Positions 1-6,872 of a DNA stretch of 39,389 nucleotides are shown here, in pieces. The stretch is taken from the NCBI GenBank assembly GCA_900299355.1, contig OMJR01000082.1, forward strand, positions 1 to 39,389, given 5' to 3'. The DNA comes from Anaerolineaceae bacterium (GTDB lineage Bacteria > Chloroflexota > Anaerolineae > Anaerolineales > UBA11579). The notes beneath the pieces are model-generated. The model ran no database searches, was not told the DNA's origin, and worked only from the letters and a program-made list of their open reading frames with translations. The position numbers were made by a program, and so were the translations under genes. Each line of letters opens with the position of its first letter. Positions within the stretch are counted from its first letter, which is position 1.

Positions 1-1131
1 GCCCACTGGCGCTACAAAGAGGGCGTCTCGCGCAACGAGGATTACGAGCGCCGCGTGGTCTGGCTGCGCCAGTTGATGGATTGGATGCAGGATGTGGATG
101 ACGCCGGCGAGTTCGTGGATAGCATGAAGACCGATGTCTTCAGTGACCGCGTATACGCCTTCACCCCGCGCGGCGACATCATTGATTTGCCGGCCGGTTC
201 CACGCCGATTGATTTTGCCTATCACGTGCATACCGATGTGGGCCACCGCTGCCGTGGCGCGAAAGTGAACGGTAAGCTGGTCTCGCTGGATCACACGCTG
301 AAAACCGGCGACCAGGTAGAGATTCTGGCCGCCAAACGGGGCGGCCCCAGCCGTGATTGGCTGAATGCCAACCTGGGCCTGGTCGCTTCCCAGCGCGCGC
401 GCTCCAAGGTGCGCGCCTGGTTCCGCCGCCAGGAAAGCGAACAAAACATCGCCAGCGGCAAGGCCCAGCTGGAGCGCGAACTGCGCCGCCTGAGCATGGG
501 CGAATTGAACTTTGATGCCCTGGCGCGCGATTTCAGCCTTAGGAACGCCGAGGAGCTTTACCTGGCAATCGGCCAGGGTGATATGTCGGTCGGGCGCGTG
601 CTCAACCACCTCACGCTGGTGGAGCAGGATGAGAAAGAGATTATCCAGATCACCGAGCCGCGGCGGGCTGAACAGCTCACCGTGTCGGATGATTCGATCA
701 GTGTTCTGGGACTCAAGGGGCTGCTGACCAATTTTGCTAAATGCTGCAAGCCGGTGCCGGGTGACGAAATCGTAGGCTACATCACCCGAGGGCGCGGGGC
801 GACCATCCACCGCAAAGATTGCCCCAACATCCTGCGCGTAAAGGATCGCGAACGCCTCGTGCAGGTTTCCTGGGGCGCCCCCAAGAGCACCTATCCGGTC
901 GCTGTGCGCATCATGGCCTATGATCGCGACGGCTTGATGCGTGATGTGTCCACCGTGATCGCCGAAGAAGGCATCAGTATGAGTCAGGTGAAGGTGGATG
1001 TGGATCACCAGAATGCAGCCACTTTTGATTTGATCATGAACGTGGACGATATTAGCCAACTCAGCCGCGTGCTCACCCGTGTTGAAAGCCTGCCGAACGT
1101 GATGGAAGCGCGCCGCGTACGCCCAGGATAA
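1..1131 (+). CDS. relA: (p)ppGpp synthetase/hydrolase of the RelA/SpoT (RSH) family, C-terminal part only; the 5' end lies outside the window
   Basis: Frame +1 is open from base 1 (AHWRYKEGVSRNEDYERR..., a conserved RSH block). A TGS-like block follows (GDIIDLPAGSTPIDFAYHVHTDVGHRCRGAKVNGKLV), then a C-terminal ACT-like block (VRIMAYDRDGLMRDVSTVIAEEG). Stop is TAA 1129-1131. Confidence 0.9.
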   Translation, partial: AHWRYKEGVSRNEDYERRVVWLRQLMDWMQDVDDAGEFVDSMKTDVFSDRVYAFTPRGDIIDLPAGSTPIDFAYHVHTDVGHRCRGAKVNGKLVSLDHTLKTGDQVEILAAKRGGPSRDWLNANLGLVASQRARSKVRAWFRRQESEQNIASGKAQLERELRRLSMGELNFDALARDFSLRNAEELYLAIGQGDMSVGRVLNHLTLVEQDEKEIIQITEPRRAEQLTVSDDSISVLGLKGLLTNFAKCCKPVPGDEIVGYITRGRGATIHRKDCPNILRVKDRERLVQVSWGAPKSTYPVAVRIMAYDRDGLMRDVSTVIAEEGISMSQVKVDVDHQNAATFDLIMNVDDISQLSRVLTRVESLPNVMEARRVRPG

Positions 1132-1134
1132 CCT

Positions 1135-2361
1135 ATGCTAAGTGTCACCGATGCACGCCAGCGCCTGTTTGATGCGTTGGTCCCCACAGAACCCGAACTG
1201 AAACCGTTGCATGACGTGGCAGGCCTAGTGCTGGCGGCCGATGTCGCCGCCAACGAAGATTCGCCGCGCTTTGCCAACTCCAGCATGGATGGCTTTGCCG
1301 TGCGCGCCGCCGACCTGGCCGGCGCCAGCAAGGCGCAGCCGGCTGCGCTCAAGGTGGTAGCCGATATTCCCGCCGGGATCGTCAGCCAGGTGGCCTTGCA
1401 GGAGGGACAAGCCGCCCGCATCATGACCGGGGCAGCGATGCCGCCCGGGGCGGATGCCGTGATCCCGGTCGAAGATACCGATGTGCCCGCGCCGTACACC
1501 GACGCGCCGCTGCCCAGCGAAGTCAAGGTGATTCGATCATTGGAGAGTGGCGCCTACGTACGGCCCCGGGGGGAGGACTTTGCGGCGGGGGATGTATTGT
1601 TGAACGCGGGCACCCATTTGCGGCCGCAAGAAGTCGCCATGCTGGCCTTGTTGGGGCAGGCAGATGTCAGCGTGCATCGGCGGGCGCGCGTGGCGATCCT
1701 GTCCTCCGGTGATGAGTTGGTGCCGGTGGATCGGCCGCTCAAGCCCGGAACAATTCGCGATACGAACAGCTATGCGCTCAGCAGCCTGGTGGCGGGCGCT
1801 GGTGCGGATGTGATTCCGCTGGGGATCGCCCCCGACGACTTGGAGACAATCAAGGCTCACCTGGATCGCGCTGTGGAGCAGGGGGCCGACCTGATCCTCT
1901 CTTCGGCGGGGGTCAGTGTCGGCGCCTTCGATTACTTGCGCGAGGCTGTGCTAAGCCAGGGTGAATTGGATTTCTGGCGGGTCAACATGCGTCCCGGCAA
2001 GCCGCTGGCCTTTGGCCGCTATCGGAATATCCCCTTCATTGGATTGCCGGGGAACCCGGTGTCCTGTTTCGTAGGCTTTGAAGTATTCGTGCGCCATGCG
2101 CTGCATAAATTGATGGGCGATCTCAATTGGCAGCGTTTGGTTGTACGGGGTGTATTAGATGATCAGGTAAAGTCCGATGGCCGCGAAAGTTACCTGCGTG
2201 GCGTTACGCAGGTCAAGGCAGACGCAACCCACGTCAAATTGACAGGCCATCAGGGTTCAGGTAATCTTTATTCGCTTGTACAGGCTGATTGCCTGTTCGT
2301 CGTGCCAGCCGGGGTCAATGATATGGCGCCCGGCAGCGACGTAGACATCTGGCCGCTTTGA
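1135..2361 (+). CDS. moeA: Molybdopterin molybdenumtransferase MoeA
   Basis: 408-aa ORF whose ATG sits 4 nt after the relA stop. It has MoeA-type blocks SSMDGFAV, LILSSAGVSVGAFDY and GLPGNPVS. Confidence 0.9.
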   Translation: MLSVTDARQRLFDALVPTEPELKPLHDVAGLVLAADVAANEDSPRFANSSMDGFAVRAADLAGASKAQPAALKVVADIPAGIVSQVALQEGQAARIMTGAAMPPGADAVIPVEDTDVPAPYTDAPLPSEVKVIRSLESGAYVRPRGEDFAAGDVLLNAGTHLRPQEVAMLALLGQADVSVHRRARVAILSSGDELVPVDRPLKPGTIRDTNSYALSSLVAGAGADVIPLGIAPDDLETIKAHLDRAVEQGADLILSSAGVSVGAFDYLREAVLSQGELDFWRVNMRPGKPLAFGRYRNIPFIGLPGNPVSCFVGFEVFVRHALHKLMGDLNWQRLVVRGVLDDQVKSDGRESYLRGVTQVKADATHVKLTGHQGSGNLYSLVQADCLFVVPAGVNDMAPGSDVDIWPL

Positions 2362-2792
2362 CACGGAGAATTGAATTGCTGCGAAAACTGTTGATCGCCC
2401 TGGCTTCGATTGGTCTGCTGGATGCGATTTATCTGACCTGGATTAAGCTATCTGGAGCCGAGGCGATGTGCGCCGGGGTAGGGGATTGCTCGGCGGTGAA
2501 CGCCAGCCGCTACTCAGAAATCGCGGGTATCCCGATTGCTGTTTTCGGCGGCGGCGCTTATCTGGTCATGTTGCTGATCCTGATTTACAAAGACCGGGTT
2601 GATTTTCTGCGCGTAAACGGAGCCATGCTACTCGTGGGGATCTCGCTGGCCGGGGTGTTGTATTCGGCATACCTGACCTATATTGAGTTGTATGTCATTC
2701 ACGCAATTTGTCCCTATTGCGTGTTATCTGCAATTGTGTTGACCCTGATGCTGATTGTGTCCATCCTCTATATCCGGGAGGAGTGGGCTTAG
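2358..2792 (+). CDS. Vitamin K epoxide reductase (VKOR) family membrane protein
   Basis: 144-aa ORF with several hydrophobic segments. A loop Cys pair (MCAGVGDC) plus a CPYC motif in the last membrane segment gives the four-Cys VKOR pattern. No ATG is available; TTG 2358 overlaps the moeA stop (TTGA), so the start is uncertain. Confidence 0.8.
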   Translation: MTRRIELLRKLLIALASIGLLDAIYLTWIKLSGAEAMCAGVGDCSAVNASRYSEIAGIPIAVFGGGAYLVMLLILIYKDRVDFLRVNGAMLLVGISLAGVLYSAYLTYIELYVIHAICPYCVLSAIVLTLMLIVSILYIREEWA

Positions 2793-2803
2793 GCCTGCCA
2801 CCG

Positions 2804-3103
2804 ATGCCGCGCGTTCGCTGCCACTACGCCGATTGCGTGTTTCTGGAAGAGGGCTACTGCGCCGCCGCTGCGGTTGAGATTGATCCCGCTGAGGGCTGTC
2901 TGACCTATTCGGCAGCTGGCGAAGTAAGCCGCGACGAAGCCTGGGAAGAAAACCAGGGGTTGGAGGAAGAGTGGGCGGATGCTGGCTATACGGCCGTTGC
3001 CGACGATGAAGACGACATGTGGCTGGAAGACGATTTGCTCAGTGATGATGACGAGGAAGACGATTTCGATCTCGATGAGGATGACTTCGAAGACGATCTG
3101 TAG
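2804..3103 (+). CDS. Small Cys-rich protein (DUF1540-like C-x4-C-x7-C...C-x-T-Y pattern) with a strongly acidic C-terminal tail
   Basis: The ORF track gives 2708-3103. I prefer ATG 2804, after the VKOR stop at 2792. The N-terminus MPRVRCHYADCVFLEEGYCAAAAVEIDPAEGCLTYS matches the DUF1540 cysteine spacing as I remember it. The tail is DDEDDMWLEDDLLSDDDEEDDFDLDEDDFEDDL. No clear SD is present. Confidence 0.5.
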   Translation: MPRVRCHYADCVFLEEGYCAAAAVEIDPAEGCLTYSAAGEVSRDEAWEENQGLEEEWADAGYTAVADDEDDMWLEDDLLSDDDEEDDFDLDEDDFEDDL

Positions 3104-3188
3104 GACCGTATAGACTGGGCCGGCTAGGTTTGTGAAGCAGGCGCAGGCTTCTTAGGCGCTGAGGGGGCGTATATGTATAATCAAGATC

Positions 3189-5081
3189 ATGGACCGTCGT
3201 ACAGAACGCTCAATTAAGAAGGCGCTGGATCTAATTAAAAACGGCCAACACGCCAAGGCCCGCCCGATCCTGACCAACATTCTGAAGCAAGATCCCAATC
3301 AGGCGGAAGCCTGGTTTCTGCTCAGTTATGCCGTCCCAGAGCGTGGACGGCGCATTTATGCGTTGCGCCAGGCGCTCAACGCAAACCCGGACTTCACCCG
3401 GGCTGAGGAACGCCTGAGCAAGTTGACGGGCCAGCCGTCCAGCACGCCATCCCGCCCGCAACAACCCAGTGATCGCCCAGCTGCCCCGGCCTTCATTCCG
3501 CCTGATGAGGACGCGAAAAGCGAAGATCGCGATCCCCAGGGCTTTTCGGACTACGACAAGGGTTGGGTTGATGGCGAAGCCTTTGAAGATGAAGAGCAAG
3601 AACCGGGCAGTGGCCTAAGCCGGACCCTGCTCTGGGTGCTGCTGACGGTCGTTTTGCTGACGGCGATTTACTTCCTGGCCGGTGATGCCATTCGGGCGGT
3701 GTTCTCCGGGGGCGGGGGAAGCGGCGCTCAGGTCACCTCCACCGAAGCGGCGGCCTTCCGTACGCTGCCGCCCACCTGGACGCCGGCCGGGGCGATCAAC
3801 GCCACGCCGGATTTGCAGACCACACCCACACCTACCCAGGAGGGCGCCCCGCCACAGGGCTTTAACCTGGATTTTCCCACCCCAGACGGTGAAGTGCGCG
3901 CTTTGATGGATGAAATCCGCGCCGAGGTACTGGCGGTCCGCGGCCTGACAATTGAAGCCGATGCTGAAGATTATCTGATTACACGCGACCAGGCGGTGCA
4001 GGTGCTTGAGCAGTTGTACTTGACCGAAATTGTCAGCGAAAACATCAGCCGCGAGCAAGACCTGCTGGTTGCTCTTGGGCTGGTGCCGGCGGACTATTTC
4101 CTGGCCGACTACGAAGTTAGCAGCCAAGCGGATCAGTTGGGCGGGTTCTATGTGCCAGCCCTAGATAGTCTGTTCATCATCGGAGAAGACTTCTCCGGTT
4201 TGGCGCCCTTTATCTATGCCCACGAATATGAGCACGCCCTGGCGGATGAGTATTACGATCTCAACAGCCTTCTGACAGAAGATTGCGGCGTGTTTTCGGA
4301 TGCCTGCCGCGCTGCCCGGGCGCTGGGTGAAGGCGATGCGACCTTGCTCAGTCGCCAATGGCTGAATACCTTCGCCAATCCCGAAGTCGTCGAAAAGGTA
4401 GTGCTGGGCTTTTTCAATGATTTGGACGCCATGTTGGTCGCCGATCAACCGCCTCCGCCCTTCATCTCGATGGATGTGGCTTTTCCCTATCAGGAGGGCG
4501 AAGTGTTCGCGGATAGCCTGGTGAGCGCCGGCGGCTGGGACGCAATTGATGCCGCCTATTTAGCTCCGCCTGGCACAACCGAGCAGATTCTGCATCCCGA
4601 TAAGTACCTGGCGGGCGAAGAGGCGCTGCCCATTGAGGTCGTGGACATTTCAACGGCGCTTAGCAGCGAGTGGGAACGCCTGGTGGATGGCCGTTTGGGT
4701 GAGTGGATGACTTATCTGCTATTGTGGCTGGGGCCCAGCGAAGCGGAGACCGTGGCCGACCAGGCGACGGCTGCCGCGGCCGCCGCGGGCTGGGGCAACG
4801 ATGCTTTGCAGAGTTACCAGCGCCCGGATGGAAGCGTGGCCTTCAGCGCCCACTGGGTGTGGGACAGCCCGGCAGACGGCGACGAAATGCTGGCGGCTAT
4901 GCAGAGCCAACTGAGCAATCGTTTTGGTGAACCGATTGCGTCGGTGGGCGGCGGCACTTGCTGGGCGGGCAGCGCGGTGATTTCCTGCCTCTACACCGCA
5001 GAGGGGCAAACCCTCTGGCTGCAGGCTCCAGATACTGAGACCATCGCCTCGATACTGGCCTTGTATTCGCAATTTAACTGA
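3189..5081 (+). CDS. Membrane-anchored hypothetical protein: N-terminal TPR-like helices, low-complexity linker, one TM segment, large C-terminal domain with an HExxH motif
   Basis: 630-aa ORF with an ATG start. The N-terminus is TPR-like (AEAWFLLSYAV...ALRQALNANPDF). The TM segment is LLWVLLTVVLLTAIYFLAG. HEYEH is encoded at 4221-4235 (YAHEYEHALAD). I do not recognise a specific family. Confidence 0.65.
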   Translation: MDRRTERSIKKALDLIKNGQHAKARPILTNILKQDPNQAEAWFLLSYAVPERGRRIYALRQALNANPDFTRAEERLSKLTGQPSSTPSRPQQPSDRPAAPAFIPPDEDAKSEDRDPQGFSDYDKGWVDGEAFEDEEQEPGSGLSRTLLWVLLTVVLLTAIYFLAGDAIRAVFSGGGGSGAQVTSTEAAAFRTLPPTWTPAGAINATPDLQTTPTPTQEGAPPQGFNLDFPTPDGEVRALMDEIRAEVLAVRGLTIEADAEDYLITRDQAVQVLEQLYLTEIVSENISREQDLLVALGLVPADYFLADYEVSSQADQLGGFYVPALDSLFIIGEDFSGLAPFIYAHEYEHALADEYYDLNSLLTEDCGVFSDACRAARALGEGDATLLSRQWLNTFANPEVVEKVVLGFFNDLDAMLVADQPPPPFISMDVAFPYQEGEVFADSLVSAGGWDAIDAAYLAPPGTTEQILHPDKYLAGEEALPIEVVDISTALSSEWERLVDGRLGEWMTYLLLWLGPSEAETVADQATAAAAAAGWGNDALQSYQRPDGSVAFSAHWVWDSPADGDEMLAAMQSQLSNRFGEPIASVGGGTCWAGSAVISCLYTAEGQTLWLQAPDTETIASILALYSQFN

Positions 5082-5133
5082 GTTCGTTGACAATCAAAAT
5101 CGCTCGTAGTAAACTCTTGCCCGCTCAACCCAC

Positions 5134-5205
5134 GGCGAGGTAGCTCAGTGGCAGAGCAGGGGACTCATAAGCCCTTGGTCGTGAGTTCGACTCTCACCCT
5201 CGCCA
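5134..5205 (+). tRNA. tRNA with CAU anticodon (Met, or Ile2 if lysidine-modified)
   Basis: A manual cloverleaf fits. Acceptor GGCGAGG/CCTCGCC, D arm GCTC-AGTGGCA-GAGC, anticodon arm GGGGA-CTCATAA-GCCCT (U33, CAU, A37), variable loop TGGTC, T arm GTGAG-TTCGACT-CTCAC, discriminator A. G1-C72 is paired, so this is not an initiator. CCA is not fully encoded (CC then T). Confidence 0.9.
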
Positions 5206-5210
5206 CCTTC

Positions 5211-5236
5211 AAAATCCCCCGGTACCGGGGGATTTT
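5211..5236 (+). terminator. Rho-independent terminator after the tRNA
   Basis: Perfect 26-nt palindrome AAAATCCCCCGGTACCGGGGGATTTT, a GC-rich stem followed by a T run, beginning 6 nt after the tRNA. Confidence 0.75.
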
Positions 5237-5349
5237 TGGTTAAGCAAGCGGAACCAATTTTATGAAAGCCGACCCGGCAAGATGAGCGATTGTCTACTGG
5301 CTGGCTGCGGTAAAATCCGCTTATCAATTTCGGAAAAGGGTACATTCAG

Positions 5350-5838
5350 ATGCGAAAAATAGTCAATTTTCTTTGGTTCGATGACCAGGCAAAAGACGCG
5401 GTGGATTTGTATGTTTCGCTGTTTGACGATGCAAAAATCCTCGATACATCCCATCTGACCGAGTCGGTGGCAGAAGCAGCCGGAAAGCAACCGGGGGAAG
5501 TTTCGACAATTGATTTTGAATTGAGTGGTCAGCAATTTACGGCATTCAATGGGGGGCCGATGTATACCTTTAGCGAGGCTACCTCAATAGCCGTTAACTG
5601 CAAAACGCAGGATGAAATTGATCACCTTTGGGATGCGCTAGCCGAAGGCGGCGAAATTTTGTCTTGCGGATGGCTAAAAGATCGATTTGGCGTAACGTGG
5701 CAGATCATGCCTGAAAGCCTGGATATCATGATGCGGGATCCAGATACGGCCAAAGCGGATCGGGTTGGCGCCGCTATGCTGGGGATGCCAGGCAAACTGG
5801 ACATGCGCGAGCTTGAAAGAGCCTATAGGGGTGAATAA
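5350..5838 (+). CDS. VOC-family protein (PhnB-like / 3-demethylubiquinone-9 3-methyltransferase-domain family)
   Basis: 162-aa ORF with the N-terminal signature IVNFLWFDDQAKDAVDLYVSLF and later DRFGVTWQI, both typical of this family. The region is AT-richer than its surroundings. Confidence 0.8.
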   Translation: MRKIVNFLWFDDQAKDAVDLYVSLFDDAKILDTSHLTESVAEAAGKQPGEVSTIDFELSGQQFTAFNGGPMYTFSEATSIAVNCKTQDEIDHLWDALAEGGEILSCGWLKDRFGVTWQIMPESLDIMMRDPDTAKADRVGAAMLGMPGKLDMRELERAYRGE

Positions 5839-6076
5839 AGGTTTAATACCCCTCGCGTGGCGAGGGAAGTGCCCACTTGGCTGTCTGAATAGACAACAGG
5901 AAAAAGGGAGCTAATATCTTGCGAGTTCGTCCGATGAGGTGGGCGTTTCTTAACATTTGGCTGCAGAAATCGTTTTTGTAATGTGCAGTTGAGGGCATTC
6001 GGTGAGACTCGGCACGTTAGACACCCTTGAATGTTGGAACCCAAGAATTGATAAGGCCAAACAAGGAGAGGTAATC

Positions 6077-6858
6077 ATGTCAGCCATTCAACTGCCTACA
6101 TCGGTAAGGCTTCGAGCGACTCCAGAGCCGTTAATGGTGGTCCTCCACCGCTGGTATCTTGAATCACGGACCGCTGTTTGGGATTTGGTACTAATGCTCG
6201 TTCTCGGTGGAACGACATATATATTTTTACTTACACATGATTTCACTGAATTGTTTTTTGATTTCACAAGGCATTACGAAGACTTTGAGCTTGATGAGGT
6301 GTTGTTCACGCTCATCTTTGTGCTTGCCGTATTCCTGCCAGCTTTTGCAATCCGACGGTGGTTTGACGCCATACGATTTTTGCGTCAATCGAATACCGAT
6401 AGTTTGACAAAACTTGCAAACCGCCGACGCGGATGGCGCCTCCTTGATGTTGAAATCGCGCGTGCGGGACGAACAAGTCTCCCCTTTCAGTAATCCTGTT
6501 TGACATCGATCATTTCAAAGAGATAAATGACCGCTACGGGCATTTGAAGGGCGATCATTTACTTGAATCAATTGCTCTCACACTTCAAAGTGAACTGCGG
6601 ACCCCGGATACTTTGGTGCGCTGGGGCGGGGAGGAATTCCTGGTAATTCTGACAAACACGAACCAGCGTAACGCGAAAGAAACGGCTGAGCGCATGAGGC
6701 GCTGCGTTGAATCTGAATGCAATTATGGGGATATTCGGGTTACCGCTAGTTTCGGTGTGGCCCAATGGAAGACGGGCCAATCAGTAGATGCTTTATTGCA
6801 AACAGCTGATGTCCGCTTGTACGCCGCCAAGGAAAAGGGGCGCAACCGGGTCGAGTAA
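6077..6858 (+). pseudogene. Membrane-anchored diguanylate cyclase (2 TM + GGDEF domain, GGEEF active site) interrupted by a 1-nt frameshift near 6466-6478
   Basis: ATG 6077 is preceded by AGGAGAG. Frame 2 reads ...DSLTKLANRRRGWRLLDVEIARAGR and stops at TAA 6491-6493. Frame 1 opens after TGA 6451-6453 and continues NKSPLSVILFDIDHFKEINDRYGHLKGD...RWGGEEFLVIL...LYAAKEKGRNRVE. Joined, the two parts form one colinear GGDEF domain. Confidence 0.7.
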
Positions 6859-6872
6859 GACTTACCCCAGAC

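Noticed and set aside
2708-2803. Upstream part of ORF 2708-3103, overlapping the VKOR gene
   Set aside because: It overlaps the VKOR 3' end in another frame. The Cys-rich domain begins at ATG 2804. The true start remains uncertain, since GTG 2783 is also in frame.
5839-6076. c-di-GMP riboswitch or other ncRNA upstream of the GGDEF gene
   Set aside because: No GEMM-like conserved segments were seen. The only structure is a small hairpin, CCCTCGC-GTG-GCGAGGG (5851-5867), probably the VOC gene terminator and lacking a T run.
6454-6493. Programmed -1 ribosomal frameshift in the GGDEF gene
   Set aside because: There is no X-XXY-YYZ slippery site and no obvious downstream stimulatory structure. 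A mutation or sequencing error is simpler.
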